DNA from: Tilletiaria anomala UBC 951
Taxonomy: Eukaryota
Reading direction: 5' to 3'
Assembly (NCBI RefSeq): GCF_000711695.1
Contig: NW_013547021.1
Coordinates: 1 to 64,000 of the forward strand
Length of the DNA: 64,000 nucleotides
Part shown: one piece after another, positions 63,601 to 64,000 of the stretch
Numbering within the stretch: the stretch's first letter is position 1
Layout of the letters: every line of letters starts with the position of its first letter
Program-made: the position numbers and the translations under genes
Notes under the pieces: generated by a model
What the model saw: only the letters and a program-made list of their open reading frames with translations
Database searches by the model: none
Told to the model about the DNA's origin: nothing

Positions 63601-64000
63601 GACAAAGCGCGTCTGATTGCCGTCGTTGAAATTTAAATCTCACCATCTGGACCGGGTCGAGCACCCCTGGCGGTTATGAGATACAGTGTACGTCCACAGG
63701 AGGATTCCATCACAAATTCATTTGAACCTGTTTCGCCATGTCCTCTCACAGGTAGGGGAATTGGTTGCGGAGCGAATTCTAGCGTGCACGGACTCTTTCG
63801 ATTTTATTATCACGTGTATCTTTATCATCGAGCGATGCTGCTCACGGACTTTCAGCTACGAAATGTACACAGTGTCAGTACCCCTGTATGCCGTCCTATA
63901 AACGCGTGCGGAAGTCAGTACAATACATACTTTACCGGCCTCCGCCTCTCTCCTGCTTAAACTTTGCAATCCAAGTCTTCTCAGCGTCTGAACCTTTCGG

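Noticed and set aside
1..64000. CRISPR arrays, prokaryotic defence operons, transposases/LTR elements, rRNA
   Set aside because: No regularly spaced repeats, RT/integrase/DDE motifs or rRNA signatures were recognised; the DNA is spliceosomal-intron eukaryotic.

Overview
Eukaryotic, intron-containing, GC-rich fungal DNA. The gene complement and short GT..AG introns with CTRAC branch points suggest a basidiomycete, most likely Ustilaginomycotina; this placement is inference. It is not a prokaryotic locus, and I found no CRISPR array, rRNA, tRNA or recognisable transposase/retroelement. About 15 intact genes can be spliced by hand: zf-PARP (Hpz1-like), SCS3/FIT, a single-pass membrane protein, PRP16, RKI1, an S10 carboxypeptidase, RCY1, Tudor-SN, RAD6, PEP7/VAC1, prefoldin 6, a secreted TRI14-like protein, THO7 and two large hypothetical proteins. 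The most striking property is six interspersed decayed genes that the ORF track shows only as fragments: a single-chain biotin-dependent carboxylase, a second S10 peptidase with its catalytic Ser mutated, a phosphomannose isomerase paralogue, an IQM calmodulin-binding protein, a WS/DGAT acyltransferase and a KRE6/SKN1 relic. Information-processing and trafficking genes are intact, while several lipid, cell-wall and accessory genes are dead. The carboxylase relic is split in two by an intact antisense zf-PARP gene. I did not find a convincingly new multi-gene biochemical system; the best leads are the selective gene decay, the split pseudogene, and a possible mitochondrial isoform of Rki1. Family assignments come from recalled motifs, not database searches.
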